Shown: positions 1 to 10,157 of the stretch, one piece after another
How the letters are laid out: each line of letters begins with the position of its first letter
Position numbering within the stretch: the stretch's first letter is position 1
Origin: Actinomycetota bacterium
GTDB lineage: Bacteria; Actinomycetota; UBA4738; HRBIN12
Direction of reading: 5' to 3'
DNA: 64,000 nucleotides
NCBI GenBank assembly: GCA_035490535.1
Contig: DATHCP010000003.1
Span: forward strand, 4,467-68,466
Notes under the pieces: generated by a model
Seen by the model: the letters and a program-made list of their open reading frames with translations, nothing else
What the model was told of the DNA's origin: nothing
The model's database searches: none
Translations under genes and position numbers: made by a program

Positions 1-752
1 TCCCCCTCCTCGGGCGCCGCGGCCTCCGGCTGCGCCGCGGCGGCTCGAGCCGCTCGCGAAGATCGGAGCGGGCGCTCCCACTCCCCGCCGAACCGCGAGA
101 CCACCAGCGCCACCGCGCTGACCAGGTAGAGCTGCCCGAACAGCGCCTCCGAGACCGCCAGCATCTTCGGGAAATCCTGCGCGGCCGTGTAGTCGCCGTA
201 GCCCACGGTCGTGAGCGTGACGAAGCTGAAGTACGTGATCTCGAGGGAGTTGGCCTTCTGGGTCTGCACGAAGAACGGCGTCGGTTTGTCGATGTAGTCG
301 ATCGTCTTGTAGACGAACGTGAAGAACAGGCCGATCAGCAGGTAGAGACACAGCGCGCCGGCCACGACCTGAACGTCGACCACCTTCTCGTGCGAGAGGC
401 GTCGGAGGATCGCGATCGGAGCTGCGATCGCCATCATGGCCCCGACCGTCGTGGTGGCGAGCGTGGGCCAAGCGGTCGAGGAAGCGCCGCCGATGTAGAT
501 CGAGACGATCGCGGCGCCGACCGCGATGATCACGGCGATCCGCGCGACCCGAAGGACGATGCCCCGCTCGGACATCCGCAGGATGAACAGCAACGCCGCG
601 CCCTGGGCCATCAGGGCCAGAACCCGCGCCCAGCCGTGCTCGCCAGAGAACGCGAAGCCGAAGATCGAGACCACGATCAGGAGCAGCGCGACCCCGAACC
701 GCGCCGGGGCCAGGTGCTCGCTCTGCTCGAACTGTTTCCGCAGGCGGCTCAT
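1..752 (-). CDS. Potassium channel family protein (partial; C-terminal end lies beyond the window's left edge)
   Basis: Minus-strand ORF starting at the ATG at 752 and running off position 1 with no in-frame stop, which is why it is absent from the ORF track. Translation gives several TM helices and the pore sequence FSFVTLTTVGYGDY, the canonical TVGYGD K+ selectivity filter. The plus-strand ORFs 390..767 and 526..792 are its shadows. Confidence 0.8.
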   Translation of the reverse strand, partial: MSRLRKQFEQSEHLAPARFGVALLLIVVSIFGFAFSGEHGWARVLALMAQGAALLFILRMSERGIVLRVARIAVIIAVGAAIVSIYIGGASSTAWPTLATTTVGAMMAIAAPIAILRRLSHEKVVDVQVVAGALCLYLLIGLFFTFVYKTIDYIDKPTPFFVQTQKANSLEITYFSFVTLTTVGYGDYTAAQDFPKMLAVSEALFGQLYLVSAVALVVSRFGGEWERPLRSSRAARAAAAQPEAAAPEEG

Positions 753-801
753 CCCGCCGCAGGATAGGCCGACCGGCCCCCCACCTGGGTAGCCTGCCCG
801 C

Positions 802-1200
802 ATGGACGGCAACCGACGGCTCACGCTCACCGCGAACGACGACGGCACCGTGACGGCCACGAGCCGTACCGGCCACACGATCACGATCGACCACGAGGGC
901 GAACGCGGGCTCTCTCCGCTGGAGCTCCTCTTGGCGTCGCTCGGCAGCTGCAGCGCGGTCGATCTGGAGATCCTGATGCGCAAGCAGCGCGACCCGATCG
1001 TCCCGTTCGAGATCGAGGTCGTCGGCGAGAAGGAGGACGCGCGGATGCAGTGGCTGCGCGTGACCTACACGGTGCCCGCCGGCACCGACCCGACGAAGCT
1101 CGAGCGCGCCCGTTCCAAGACCGCGGACGATCTGTGCTCCGTCTCCCGGACCTTGGCCCGGGGCTGCCCCGTCGAACACGTCACGGAGCTCGCCGGCTGA
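802..1200 (+). CDS. OsmC/Ohr family peroxiredoxin-like protein
   Basis: 132 aa. The motif LELLLASLGSCSAVD, with the conserved Cys in an OsmC-like context, is typical of the OsmC/Ohr fold. Confidence 0.85.
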   Translation: MDGNRRLTLTANDDGTVTATSRTGHTITIDHEGERGLSPLELLLASLGSCSAVDLEILMRKQRDPIVPFEIEVVGEKEDARMQWLRVTYTVPAGTDPTKLERARSKTADDLCSVSRTLARGCPVEHVTELAG

Positions 1201-1244
1201 GCCGGGCTACGATGCCCTCGCCGCCGAGCTCCCAGGGAGGACCC

Positions 1245-1547
1245 ATGGCCACGGTCCACGCGTCGCTGAACCAACCACCGGACGAGGCGGAGGCCTCGAT
1301 CCGTCGTCAGGCCGCGAGGTTGGGCTACGCCCTCGCCGAGGGCCAGAGCGGCCCGGGGCTGTTCTCGTTCACCCGAGGGGTCTCGCTGTTCTCCTGGGGA
1401 TCGAAGCTCACCGTGAAGGTCGAGCCGGAATCGACCGGCTCCCAGCTGACCGTCACCACCGACGAGAAGTTCGCGATCTCCGATTGGGGACGCGGCAAGC
1501 GCGCGGCAGGCAGGCTCCTGGACGCGATCGGCGCCCAGGAGGAGTGA
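1245..1547 (+). CDS. Hypothetical small protein
   Basis: In-frame ATG at 1245 preceded by GGGAGG 6 nt upstream. The upstream part of track ORF 1050..1547 overlaps the OsmC gene in another frame. No recognisable domain. An alternative start exists at 1212. Confidence 0.5.
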   Translation: MATVHASLNQPPDEAEASIRRQAARLGYALAEGQSGPGLFSFTRGVSLFSWGSKLTVKVEPESTGSQLTVTTDEKFAISDWGRGKRAAGRLLDAIGAQEE

Positions 1548-1554
1548 GGTCGAG

Positions 1555-2253
1555 CTAGGTCAGCAGCGCGACGTAGGGGTGCAGATCGCCCTCGACGATC
1601 CGGTCGATCCGCCAGCCGGTCCCCTCGATCAGCTCCTCCATCTCCGAGGGCGACACCAGCAGGTAGTCGAACCACGGATCCACGAGGTTCCGGTAGCGGA
1701 CGCGCAGGCGGAGCTGCCCGGCCATCCGACCCCGGCGCCGGTTGCGCTCCTGGTACGCGAGGTGGGCAGGATCCTCGGTCGTGTGGGGATCGGTGCTGCT
1801 GGCCACGATCCGATCGGTGAGAGGACGCATCTCCTTCAGCAGCCGCCGGCCCTTCGCCCGCGAGGAGAACAAGCCGAAGTTGTTCCCGTAGAACACGATC
1901 GTTCCGAAGGGCCCGAGCGACGCGTCGACGTCCTCGAACCGCATCTGCCGCACGTCGCGGACGCCGCGACGGCGCGCGACCGCGACCGCGCCGGGAGACG
2001 GATCGATCGCGACCACCTCGTGCCCGCGTGCCTGAAGCTCGAGCGACACCCGTCCCGGACCACATCCGACATCGAGGACCCGGCCCCCGACCCAGCGGAG
2101 CGCACGCCGCTCCGCGGCCGGCCACCGCCGCACGGGCGCGAAGTAGGTCTCGCGGAGCGGCTCGATGAAGCCGTCGTCGCGCTCGATCACCTCGCCGTCG
2201 ACGTCGCGGCCGTCCAGCACGTCGAGCAGCATCGACCCGAACGCGTCCTGCAC
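1555..2253 (-). CDS. Class I SAM-dependent methyltransferase
   Basis: 232 aa. Motif I is VLDVGCGPGRVSLEL, a Gly-rich SAM-binding loop, with a Rossmann-like fold following. Confidence 0.8.
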   Translation of the reverse strand: MQDAFGSMLLDVLDGRDVDGEVIERDDGFIEPLRETYFAPVRRWPAAERRALRWVGGRVLDVGCGPGRVSLELQARGHEVVAIDPSPGAVAVARRRGVRDVRQMRFEDVDASLGPFGTIVFYGNNFGLFSSRAKGRRLLKEMRPLTDRIVASSTDPHTTEDPAHLAYQERNRRRGRMAGQLRLRVRYRNLVDPWFDYLLVSPSEMEELIEGTGWRIDRIVEGDLHPYVALLT

Positions 2254-2330
2254 CGCGTCACGCTACCGCCGACGGCAGCCCCGAGCGGCCGAGTGACGGC
2301 TACCCTGCTCGTCATGACCCGACCGAGCCC

Positions 2331-3215
2331 ATGACCTCCAGCCTGCTCCTGGACGTCTCGAGCCTGATGTACCGGTCGTACTTCGCGCTGCGCCAGCCGG
2401 GCTTCTACGCGAAGGACGGCCGGCCGGTGGCGGCCGTCTACGGCTACCTCGACATGGTCACGCGCCTGCAGACCACGCGGCACCCCGATGAGATCGTGCA
2501 CGTCTACGACCACGACTGGCGCCCGATCGCGCGCACCGAGATCTACCCCGGCTACAAGTCGAAGCGCCAGCCCGACCCGGATGACCTCCCGGCGCAGTTC
2601 GGCCTGCTGCGGACCGTGCTGGACGGCACCGGGATGCTGCAAGCGCAGACCGAGGGCTGGGAGGCGGAGGACGCGATCGGCGCGTTCGGCGTGGACGCCC
2701 GCGACGACGACCGGATCGAGATCGTCTCGGGCGACCGCGACCTGATCCAGCTGGTGCGCGACCCGGTCGTGAAGCTCCTGTTCACCGTGCGCGGCGTGAC
2801 CGAGCTGCTCGAGCTGGACGAGGCCGGCGTGCTGACGAAGTACGGGGTGCCGGCGTCGCGCTACGGGGAGTTCGCGATCCTGCGCGGCGATCCGTCCGAT
2901 GACCTTCCGGGGGTGAAGGGGATCGGTGAGAAGACCGCCCGCACCCTCGTGAACGCGTTCGACTCGATCGACGACATGCTGGCGGCCGCGGCGCGCGGGG
3001 ACCCCGCGATCACGCTCTCGAACCGGACGAAGCTGCTGGCCTCGCGCGACTACCTCGACGCGATGCGGAAGATCGTGCCGATCAACGCCGACGCGCCGCT
3101 GACGCTGTGGGCCGGGGACCGCGATGACGCGGCGCTCGGGGAGCTCGCCGACGAGCTCGGGCTGGGCGGTCCGGTGCAGCGGCTGCTGGCGGCTCTCGAC
3201 GCGCCGACGGCCTGA
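2331..3215 (+). CDS. 5'-3' exonuclease (FEN/Pol I N-terminal nuclease-like, stand-alone)
   Basis: 294 aa. YPGYKSKRQP and the helix-3-turn-helix motif LPGVKGIGEKTA are characteristic of 5' nuclease domains. The size fits stand-alone 5'-3' exonucleases of actinobacteria. Confidence 0.85.
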   Translation: MTSSLLLDVSSLMYRSYFALRQPGFYAKDGRPVAAVYGYLDMVTRLQTTRHPDEIVHVYDHDWRPIARTEIYPGYKSKRQPDPDDLPAQFGLLRTVLDGTGMLQAQTEGWEAEDAIGAFGVDARDDDRIEIVSGDRDLIQLVRDPVVKLLFTVRGVTELLELDEAGVLTKYGVPASRYGEFAILRGDPSDDLPGVKGIGEKTARTLVNAFDSIDDMLAAAARGDPAITLSNRTKLLASRDYLDAMRKIVPINADAPLTLWAGDRDDAALGELADELGLGGPVQRLLAALDAPTA

Positions 3216-3950
3216 TCAGCCCGTCGCGGCGTCGTGGACCTGCCAGGTGGTCGCCTCTGCGCCCTTCACGCTCTCCGTCGTGTCCAGCACGATCCCGACG
3301 CTGCCGTCCTCGCGCCACATGCACGCGGCGGCCGTCGTGTCGTTCCCGGAGACCGGCACGCAGCGGTAGTCGGTTCCGTCGTGGGTCTCCGCGACGTCGC
3401 CCGTCCGGTCCACGGTGGCGCCGCTCTTCTCGATCCCGCCGACGAAGTCGTCGAAGAGCTGATCGGTCGACTCGACCGACCGGCCCGAGACCAGCATCAC
3501 CAGGAAATCGGGCTGCGCGCCGTTCCCGTACGCGCCGGCGACGACGTCCAGGTCATCGCGTGCGCCGATGTCCTTCATGTCCTTCTCGAAGTCCTTCGCG
3601 GACTGCGTCGTGAGGCGCGGGCGGCCCGCCACCGAGTCGGGGAGGTGCGCTCCGCCGGCGAAGAAGACCGCGTGGACCGCGAAGGCGGCCACCGCCGCCA
3701 CGGCGACCCCGATCAGCGCCTTGACGATCGAGGAGCCGCCGCCACGCGAGGTGGTCGGGGGCACCGCGGTGGGCTGGAAGGCGGGCTCGGGCTGCGGCAT
3801 CCGGCCGAAGCCGGGGATCCCGGCCATCCCGGGTCGGCCCGGCGGCGGGGGCGGCGGCACGAACCGCGCGTAGCACTTCCAGCAGAAGTCCGCCTCAGGG
3901 CCGTTCTCGGCACCGCACGACGGACAGGCACGCTTCTCGTCGACCTGCAT
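3216..3950 (-). CDS. Zinc-ribbon, proline-rich membrane-anchored protein (hypothetical)
   Basis: Start moved to the ATG at 3950 (MQVDEKRACPSCGAENGPEADFCWKC), which has a GAGAGGAAGGG RBS. It has an N-terminal CxxC...CxxC zinc ribbon, a PPPPPPGRPG linker, one TM helix (ALIGVAVAAVAAFAV) and an extracytoplasmic C-terminal domain. Confidence 0.55.
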   Translation of the reverse strand: MQVDEKRACPSCGAENGPEADFCWKCYARFVPPPPPPGRPGMAGIPGFGRMPQPEPAFQPTAVPPTTSRGGGSSIVKALIGVAVAAVAAFAVHAVFFAGGAHLPDSVAGRPRLTTQSAKDFEKDMKDIGARDDLDVVAGAYGNGAQPDFLVMLVSGRSVESTDQLFDDFVGGIEKSGATVDRTGDVAETHDGTDYRCVPVSGNDTTAAACMWREDGSVGIVLDTTESVKGAEATTWQVHDAATG

Positions 3951-4008
3951 GGAGCCCTTCCTCTCTGGGGAAGGCATCGGCATCCCTGGGGGGACCCTGA
4001 GCGCCCGA

Positions 4009-5169
4009 TCAGAGCGCCGAGTAGGTGTCGAAGTCGGCCTCGACCTTGGGCACGACCCCGACCACGTACATCCCGTCCAGGCAGCCGGGGCACCAGGACG
4101 AGGCCGCGATCGCGTGGGCGGTGGCGATCGGGTCTGAACAGGCCTTCAGGCTGTCGATGATCGCCCCGTACCCGTAGACGTCCCAGCCGTGCTGGATCGT
4201 CTCCTTCGTAGCCTGCAGACCCTGTTGCAGCGACGTGTAGTTCTGGACGCCGACGCTGTTGAAGTCGGTCGACCCGTCCATCCCGTGCGTCGTCGCCAGC
4301 GGATTCCATGCGGCCTGCGTGAACTCCTGCACCTGCCACGACACGACCAGGACCTGGTTGTTGCGGCACGTCGGCGCCCCGAAGATCCGCAGGAACAGGT
4401 CGGCCCAGTCTCCGTAGGAGACGTGGGCGGAGCCCTGGAACGCCGAGGCCACCGCCGCGACGCTCTGACCCTGCAGCTCCTTCTGGAGCGTCGCGATCAG
4501 GTGGACCAGGCGCGAACGCGTCGCGTCCAACCGGTCCCACGCGGCTAGCTCGGCGGTGAGCGCCTGCGCCCGCTGCTGGCGGGCGGTGGCCAGCTCCCGG
4601 AGCATCGCGCGGCGCGCGGCCATCAGGGCGTCGACGCCGTGCGCGTGCCGCTCGAGCCGCGTCTGGGCGACGAGGAGCTCGGAGGCGATCTGCGACTGCG
4701 CGTCGGCCACGGCGTCCCCGAACGCGAGCCGGTCCTGGAGCTCGCCGATCGAGCCGGCGCCGAGGATCAGGTCGAGCGTCTGCGCACCCGGCACGCCGCC
4801 CGGGTTGTCCATGAACGACTCGACCGCCGCGTCGTGGAGCCGGATCTGGGTGTCCCGGTACGCGACCTGGACGGCCGCGATCCGGTCCTGGATCCGCATC
4901 CGCGCGTGCAGCAGGAGCCCCAGCTCGCGGTCGGCCCGCGCGTAGCGTGCCCCCGCCTCTGCCGCCTGGGCGCGCAGGCCGTCGAGCGTGGCGGCCTCGG
5001 AGCGGATCCGTTCGGTGAGCGCCTGGAGCTGCGCCTTCGCCTGGTCGAGCTGGGAGGACGACGACCCCAACGCGTACGGCGCGAACGCGCCTGCCAGCAG
5101 GAGCGCGAGCACGGCGGCCGTCGTCCGCGTCCGGGCGCGGCGGCGCCCGAAGGACCCATCCCCGGTCAT
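4009..5169 (-). CDS. Secreted coiled-coil protein with C-terminal Cys-containing globular domain (hypothetical)
   Basis: 386 aa. It has a signal peptide (AAVLALLLAGAFAPYALG) and a long Ala/Gln/Arg/Leu-rich coiled-coil region, followed by a C-terminal domain of about 140 aa with several Cys and Trp. No catalytic motif recognised. Confidence 0.55.
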   Translation of the reverse strand: MTGDGSFGRRRARTRTTAAVLALLLAGAFAPYALGSSSSQLDQAKAQLQALTERIRSEAATLDGLRAQAAEAGARYARADRELGLLLHARMRIQDRIAAVQVAYRDTQIRLHDAAVESFMDNPGGVPGAQTLDLILGAGSIGELQDRLAFGDAVADAQSQIASELLVAQTRLERHAHGVDALMAARRAMLRELATARQQRAQALTAELAAWDRLDATRSRLVHLIATLQKELQGQSVAAVASAFQGSAHVSYGDWADLFLRIFGAPTCRNNQVLVVSWQVQEFTQAAWNPLATTHGMDGSTDFNSVGVQNYTSLQQGLQATKETIQHGWDVYGYGAIIDSLKACSDPIATAHAIAASSWCPGCLDGMYVVGVVPKVEADFDTYSAL

Positions 5170-5260
5170 GTCCCCGGATATCGTCGTCGGGCGGGGTCGG
5201 GTTGAATCGTGGTGCGAGGCAAGGCTCCTGGCTCCGGATCCCCGCCCGTAGACTGGGCCG

Positions 5261-6148
5261 GTGCGTCCGCCGTGCCGGATCGGGATCCAGCTCCCCGAGG
5301 TCGAGCGCGCGGTGGGCTGGCCCGAGGTCGCGGCGATCGCGCGAGCGGCCGAGGAGACCGGCTTCGACTCGGTCTGGGTCGGGGATCACCACCTCTACCG
5401 CGACGACGGACGGCCCGAGCGGGGACCGTGGGAGGCGTGGTCGATCCTCGCGGCACTGGCCGCGGTGACCGACCGCGTCCGCCTCGGCCCGCTCGTGGCC
5501 TGCCTGAACTTCGTCGAGCCCGGCGTGCTCGCCCGGGTGGCCTCGACGGTGGACGCGATCGCGGACGGCCGCCTGGTGCTCGCCGTCGGCGCGGGCTGGA
5601 ACCGGGCCGAGTTCGACGCGTTCGGGATCGCGTTCGATCACCGGGCGGCGCGGTTCGAGGAGGCGTTCGAGATCGTGCGGCGGCTCCTGGCGGGTGAGCG
5701 GGTGACGTTCGCGGGCCGGTACCAGCGGGTGAAAGACGCGGTGGTGCTGCCGGCCCCGATGCGCCGCCCCCCACTGGTGATCGGCTCGAACGGACCACGG
5801 ATGCTTGCGGCGGCGCTCCCCCACGTTCAGGCGTGGAACACCTGGTTCGACGACTACGACAACCGGCCGGACGGGTTCGCGGAGCTGCGGGCGCGGATCG
5901 ACGCGGCCTGTGAGACCGCCGGGCGCGATCCGGCGACGCTGGAGCGGAGCGCGTGCCTGTTGGTCCGGGTGGACGAGCGCGCGGCGGCCGAGCGCCCGAC
6001 CGTCGGGTTCGACGCCGTCCGGCTCGGGGATGCAGCGGCGACGATCGGCGCGATGGCCGAGGCGGGCGCCGACGAGGTGATCGTGGTGGCCGATCCGATC
6101 ACCGAGACATCGGTGCGGAGCGTGGCCGCCGCGATCGAGCTGGGCTGA
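5261..6148 (+). CDS. LLM-class (luciferase-like) F420/flavin-dependent oxidoreductase
   Basis: 295 aa with a GTG start. FDSVWVGDHHL and LVLAVGAGW are typical of luciferase-like monooxygenase TIM barrels. Confidence 0.8.
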   Translation: MRPPCRIGIQLPEVERAVGWPEVAAIARAAEETGFDSVWVGDHHLYRDDGRPERGPWEAWSILAALAAVTDRVRLGPLVACLNFVEPGVLARVASTVDAIADGRLVLAVGAGWNRAEFDAFGIAFDHRAARFEEAFEIVRRLLAGERVTFAGRYQRVKDAVVLPAPMRRPPLVIGSNGPRMLAAALPHVQAWNTWFDDYDNRPDGFAELRARIDAACETAGRDPATLERSACLLVRVDERAAAERPTVGFDAVRLGDAAATIGAMAEAGADEVIVVADPITETSVRSVAAAIELG

Positions 6149-6151
6149 GGT

Positions 6152-6736
6152 TCAGCGCGCGAGACCGCGCGTGAACGCCGAGATCGCCAGGCCGAGCCCG
6201 GCGCCGCCGACCAGGTCCAGCGGCAGGTGCGCGCCCACGTACATCCGCCCGTAGCCGGTCGCGCCGACGCCGCCCAGGAGCAGGGGGCGCGCCCAGCCCG
6301 GAACCGAGCGCCACGACGTGACCGCGATCGTCGTCGCGACGGCCGTGTGGCCCGAGACCCACCCCAGATCGCCGGCGATCGGCTCGCGGATCCGGACATC
6401 GGGGAGGAGCTTCTCGGGCCGTGCTCGGCCGCCGAGCGGCTTGGCCTGCTTCGCGAGGAGCCAGGCGGCCGTGCCGCCGAGGCCCACGGCGGCGGCGAGG
6501 TGCCGCCGGCCGGCCAGGAGGGCCACCGCGGCGACCGCCGGCACCGTGCCGAAGGTGCCCATCTGCATCACGGCGCGGACCGGCGCGCGGATCGCGTCCG
6601 GAGCCTCGTTCGCCCACCGGAAGACCCGTTCCTCCTCGGGCGGAACCTCGCCGTCGACGACCAGCCGCCGGCTCCAGGCGAACAGCGCCACGCCCGCCGC
6701 GAACAGTGCGACGTCGGTGGCGCGGCCTCGGAACAT
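6152..6736 (-). CDS. PAP2 family phosphatase (membrane)
   Basis: 194 aa. It carries the three PAP2 motifs: KQAKPLGGRARP (KxxxxxxRP), SGHTA (PSGH) and YVGAHLPLDLVGG (SRxxxxxHxxxD-like). It is a multi-TM protein. Confidence 0.8.
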   Translation of the reverse strand: MFRGRATDVALFAAGVALFAWSRRLVVDGEVPPEEERVFRWANEAPDAIRAPVRAVMQMGTFGTVPAVAAVALLAGRRHLAAAVGLGGTAAWLLAKQAKPLGGRARPEKLLPDVRIREPIAGDLGWVSGHTAVATTIAVTSWRSVPGWARPLLLGGVGATGYGRMYVGAHLPLDLVGGAGLGLAISAFTRGLAR

Positions 6737-6770
6737 GGCGGCGAGGATACGTGCGGCCCCACGGCTCCGG

Positions 6771-6800
6771 TCAGATCCGGTCAGATCCGGTCAGATCCGG
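6771..6800. repeat. Perfect 10-bp tandem triplication (TCAGATCCGG x3) spanning the hutI stop codon
   Basis: Directly visible: ggtcagatccggtcagatccggtcagatccgg. The proximal copy encodes the last codons (DRI*) of the minus-strand hutI, and the other two copies lie just downstream. Confidence 0.7.
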
Positions 6801-7954
6801 TCGCCGCGTCGGATCACGGTGCGGATCAGCGGCGCACCCGGCCGGTACGCGAGGTGGACGTGCGAGGGAGCCTCGAGCACCAGCAGGTCGGCGAACCCGC
6901 CCGGCGTGACGCGCCCCACGTCGGTCCGCCGGAGCGCCGCGGCTCCCCCCGCCGTCGCCGACCAGACCGCCTCGGCCGGCGTCATCCGCATCGCCGTGAC
7001 CGCGAGCGCCACGACGAGCGGCACGTTCGTGGTGAACGACGTGCCGGGGTTGCAGTCGGTCGCGAGCGCGACCCGGACGCCGGCGTCCAGGAGCCCGCGG
7101 GCGTCGGGCCAGGGGTGGCGTGTCGACAGGTCGGCGACGGGAAGGAGGGTCGCGACGACGTCGGCGCCCGCCAGGGCGTCGACGTCGTCGGCGCTCAGGT
7201 ACGTCAGGTGGTCGGCGCTCGCGGCGCCGACCTCCGCGGCCAGGCGGGCGCCGGGGCCGTGCTCGAGCTGGTTCGCGTGCAGGCGCAGGCCCAGGCCGCG
7301 ATCGGCCGCCGCCAGGAGGATCCGCCGCGCCGCGTCCTCGTCGAAGGCGCCGCGGTCGCAGAACACGTCGCACCAGCGGGCGAGGGGCGCGCACGCGTCG
7401 AGCATCTCGCCCACCACGAGGTCCACGTAGGCGGCCGGATCGTCGGCGAGCTCCGGCGCCACGACGTGGGCGCCCAGGAACGTCACCTCGTCGGTGATCG
7501 TGCCCGCGACGCCGAGCAGGCGAGCCTCGTCGTCGACCGTCAGCCCGTAGCCCGACTTCACCTCCACGGTGGTCGTGCCGGTCCGGAGCGCCTCCTCCGC
7601 CAGGCGTCGGGCGTTGGCGCGGAGGTCCTCGTCGCTCGCGGCGCGGGTCGCGGCGACCGTCGTTCGGATCCCGCCGGCCGCGTACGTCTCGCCGCGCATC
7701 CGCGCGTCGAACTCGCCCGCGCGATCGCCGGCGAAGACCAGGTGCGTGTGGGCGTCCACGAAGCCGGGCAGGACCGCCGCGCCGGCGGCGTCGATCCGCG
7801 GGCCCGGAACCCCTTCGGGGGCCGCGTCCGTGGGGCCGATCCACACGACCCGCTCACCCTCGATCGCGACCGCGGCGTTCCGGAGCAGCCCGAGCGGCCC
7901 CTCGCCCAGCTCCGGATCGTTCGTGACGAGCTCGCCGACGCCCGCGACGAGCAC
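6791..7954 (-). CDS. hutI: Imidazolonepropionase
   Basis: 387 aa, amidohydrolase fold. [14 protein letters not shown] is the metal-binding HxH, and further matches are [17 protein letters not shown] and ATDCNPGTS. It lies 4 bp downstream of hutU. Confidence 0.9.
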   Translation of the reverse strand: MLVAGVGELVTNDPELGEGPLGLLRNAAVAIEGERVVWIGPTDAAPEGVPGPRIDAAGAAVLPGFVDAHTHLVFAGDRAGEFDARMRGETYAAGGIRTTVAATRAASDEDLRANARRLAEEALRTGTTTVEVKSGYGLTVDDEARLLGVAGTITDEVTFLGAHVVAPELADDPAAYVDLVVGEMLDACAPLARWCDVFCDRGAFDEDAARRILLAAADRGLGLRLHANQLEHGPGARLAAEVGAASADHLTYLSADDVDALAGADVVATLLPVADLSTRHPWPDARGLLDAGVRVALATDCNPGTSFTTNVPLVVALAVTAMRMTPAEAVWSATAGGAAALRRTDVGRVTPGGFADLLVLEAPSHVHLAYRPGAPLIRTVIRRGDRI

Positions 7955-7957
7955 GCC

Positions 7958-9643
7958 TCAGGCCTCGGCCATCGGCACGCGCACGCCGCGCTCGCGCGCG
8001 ACCTCCTCCGCGTGCTCGTACCCCGCGTCGACGTGGCGGAGCACGCCCATCGCCGGGTCGTTCGTCAGCACGCGCTCGGCCTTCTCCCCCGCCTCCTCCG
8101 TGCCGTCGACCACGACGACCTGCCCGGCGTGGATCGAGCGGCCGATCCCCACGCCGCCGCCGTGGTGGATGCTGACCCACGACGCGCCGCTCGCCGTGTT
8201 CACCAAGGCGTTCAGCAGCGGCCAGTCGGCGATCGCATCCGAGCCGTCGGCCATCGCCTCGGTCTCGCGGTACGGGCTCGCGACGCTCCCGCTGTCCAGG
8301 TGATCCCGTCCGATCACGATCGGCGCGGTCAGCTCGCCGCTGGCCACGAGCTCGTTGAACCGGACCCCGGCGACCGCGCGTTCGCCGTAGCCGAGCCAGC
8401 AGATCCGGGCCGGCAGCCCCTGGAACGCCACGCGTTCTCCGGCCATCGCGAGCCAGCGCTGCAGGCGCTCGTCGTCGGGGAACAGCGCAGCCACCGCGCG
8501 ATCGGTCGTCGCGATGTCCTCGGGATCGCCCGAGAGCGCCGCCCAGCGGAACGGGCCCTTGCCCTCGCAGAACATCGGGCGCACGAACGCCGGCACGAAC
8601 CCCGGATACGCGTAGGCCCGGTCGTGCGCGAGCCCGCCCTGCTCGGCGCCCCCGCGCAGGTTGTTGCCGTAGTCGAACGCGATCGCGCCGGCTTCCTGGA
8701 ACGCCACGATCGCATCCACGTGCGCGGCCATCGAGTCGAACGACCGGCGCTCGTAGCCGGCCGCGTCGGCGGCCCGCAGCGCGTCGGCCTCGGCGACCGA
8801 CAGCCCCGACGGCACGTAGCCCCCGAGCGGATCGTGGGCGCTGGTCTGGTCCGTGACGACGTCGGGGCGCCAGCCGCGCCGCACGAGCTCCGGCAGCACG
8901 TCGGCGCAGTTGCCGAGCAGTCCGATCGACACCGCCTCGCGCGCGTCGCGGGCATCCTCGGCCCACCGCAGGGCCTCGTCGAGGTCGGCGGTCTCGCGGT
9001 CGAGGTACCGCGTCTTGATCCGGCGCTCGATCCGCGAGGGATCCACCTCGACGCAGATCGCGACGCCGTCGTTCATCGTCACGGCCAGCGGCTGCGCGCC
9101 GCCCATCCCGCCGAGCCCGCCCGTCAGCGTGATCGTGCCGGCGAGCGTCCCGCCGAAGTGCTGCGAGGCACACTCGGCGAACGTCTCGAAGGTCCCCTGC
9201 AGGATCCCCTGCGTGCCGATGTAGATCCACGAGCCTGCGGTCATCTGCCCGTACATCGTCAGGCCGAGCGCCTCGAGGCGTCGGAACTCGTCCCACGTCG
9301 CCCACTCCGGCACCAGGTTCGAATTCGCGATCAGCACGCGCGGCGCCCATGGGTGGGTGCGCAGCACCCCGACCGGCTTGCCGGACTGGACCAGGAGGGT
9401 CTCATCGTCGCGGAGGCGCCGCAGCTCGCGCACGATCGCGTCGAAGGCCGCCCACGAACGGGCCGCGCGGCCGGTTCCGCCGTAGACCACGAGGTCGTCG
9501 GGACGCTCGGCGACGTCGGGGTCCAGGTTGTTCATCAGCATCCGCATCGCGGCTTCCTGCGGCCAGCCGAGGCAGGTCAGCTCGGAGCCGCGGGGCGCGC
9601 GGACCTCGCGGGCTCCGGCGGTCGTCGACGTCACGCGTCTCAC
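7958..9643 (-). CDS. hutU: Urocanate hydratase
   Basis: 561 aa. [42 protein letters not shown] and the NAD-binding region are characteristic of urocanase. Confidence 0.9.
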   Translation of the reverse strand: MRRVTSTTAGAREVRAPRGSELTCLGWPQEAAMRMLMNNLDPDVAERPDDLVVYGGTGRAARSWAAFDAIVRELRRLRDDETLLVQSGKPVGVLRTHPWAPRVLIANSNLVPEWATWDEFRRLEALGLTMYGQMTAGSWIYIGTQGILQGTFETFAECASQHFGGTLAGTITLTGGLGGMGGAQPLAVTMNDGVAICVEVDPSRIERRIKTRYLDRETADLDEALRWAEDARDAREAVSIGLLGNCADVLPELVRRGWRPDVVTDQTSAHDPLGGYVPSGLSVAEADALRAADAAGYERRSFDSMAAHVDAIVAFQEAGAIAFDYGNNLRGGAEQGGLAHDRAYAYPGFVPAFVRPMFCEGKGPFRWAALSGDPEDIATTDRAVAALFPDDERLQRWLAMAGERVAFQGLPARICWLGYGERAVAGVRFNELVASGELTAPIVIGRDHLDSGSVASPYRETEAMADGSDAIADWPLLNALVNTASGASWVSIHHGGGVGIGRSIHAGQVVVVDGTEEAGEKAERVLTNDPAMGVLRHVDAGYEHAEEVARERGVRVPMAEA

Positions 9644-9677
9644 CTCCCCGGCGACCCGACCGGCCGCCGCGAGCAGC

Positions 9678-10109
9678 CTAGTCCGTGACCAGGTCCACGC
9701 GGACGCGGGTCAGCGAGACGCGGATCGGCTGGCGGTAGTCCTCGGCGAGCCGCGGCCACGCCAGATCCAGGCGGCGGGCCTCGTGGTCGTACTTGCCGAC
9801 GTACGCCGCCACCGCGTCCAGGCGAGGACCCTCGGGGAGTTCGGCGAGGCCCTCGAACGTGACGACATCGTCTCCGCCCTCGTCGGTGCGCAGGGCGATG
9901 GACACGCGCGGGTTCGCACGCAGGTTCCGAACCTTCGGCGCCCCAGGCATGCTCCAGATCCACAGCACCTCGCCCTCGGCCAGGAACCACACCGGCGAAG
10001 GCTGCGGCTGGCCCTCGACCGTCACGGTCGTGAGCCACAGCACGAGCTCCTCGTCGAGGCGCCGGATCGCGTGCGCGTGATGGGGATCCGAACGGTTCAG
10101 GACGGACAC
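9678..10109 (-). CDS. PPOX-class (pyridoxamine 5'-phosphate oxidase-like) F420/FMN-binding protein
   Basis: 143 aa. [19 protein letters not shown] matches the split-barrel PNPOx-like fold family common in actinobacteria. Confidence 0.75.
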   Translation of the reverse strand: MSVLNRSDPHHAHAIRRLDEELVLWLTTVTVEGQPQPSPVWFLAEGEVLWIWSMPGAPKVRNLRANPRVSIALRTDEGGDDVVTFEGLAELPEGPRLDAVAAYVGKYDHEARRLDLAWPRLAEDYRQPIRVSLTRVRVDLVTD

Positions 10110-10157
10110 GGCCGTAGTATCCCTGGCCGGCGGGGACGTTCGGACGGAGGAGGAACG

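Noticed and set aside
390-792. Plus-strand ORFs 390..767 and 526..792
   Set aside because: They overlap the minus-strand K+ channel gene, which has an unmistakable TVGYGD filter. They are compositionally junk.
3713-5824. Very long Arg/Gly/Pro-rich ORFs in the track (for example 3713..5824 -, 6227..9688 +, 12511..14406 -, 46056..50528 +, 58073..60919 -)
   Set aside because: They lie antisense or out of frame to well-supported genes (hutI/hutU, DLH/channel, STAND cyclase, SGNH hydrolase). Their compositions are RGRRPR-type low complexity with no domains. They are typical shadow ORFs of roughly 70% GC DNA.
10105-10125. TAGTAT hexamer upstream of the second OsmC gene, considered as a possible -10 element
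   Set aside because: There is no acceptable -35 at 16-18 nt spacing, and the hexamer lies within the 5' end of the divergent PPOX gene region. It is too speculative to list as a feature.
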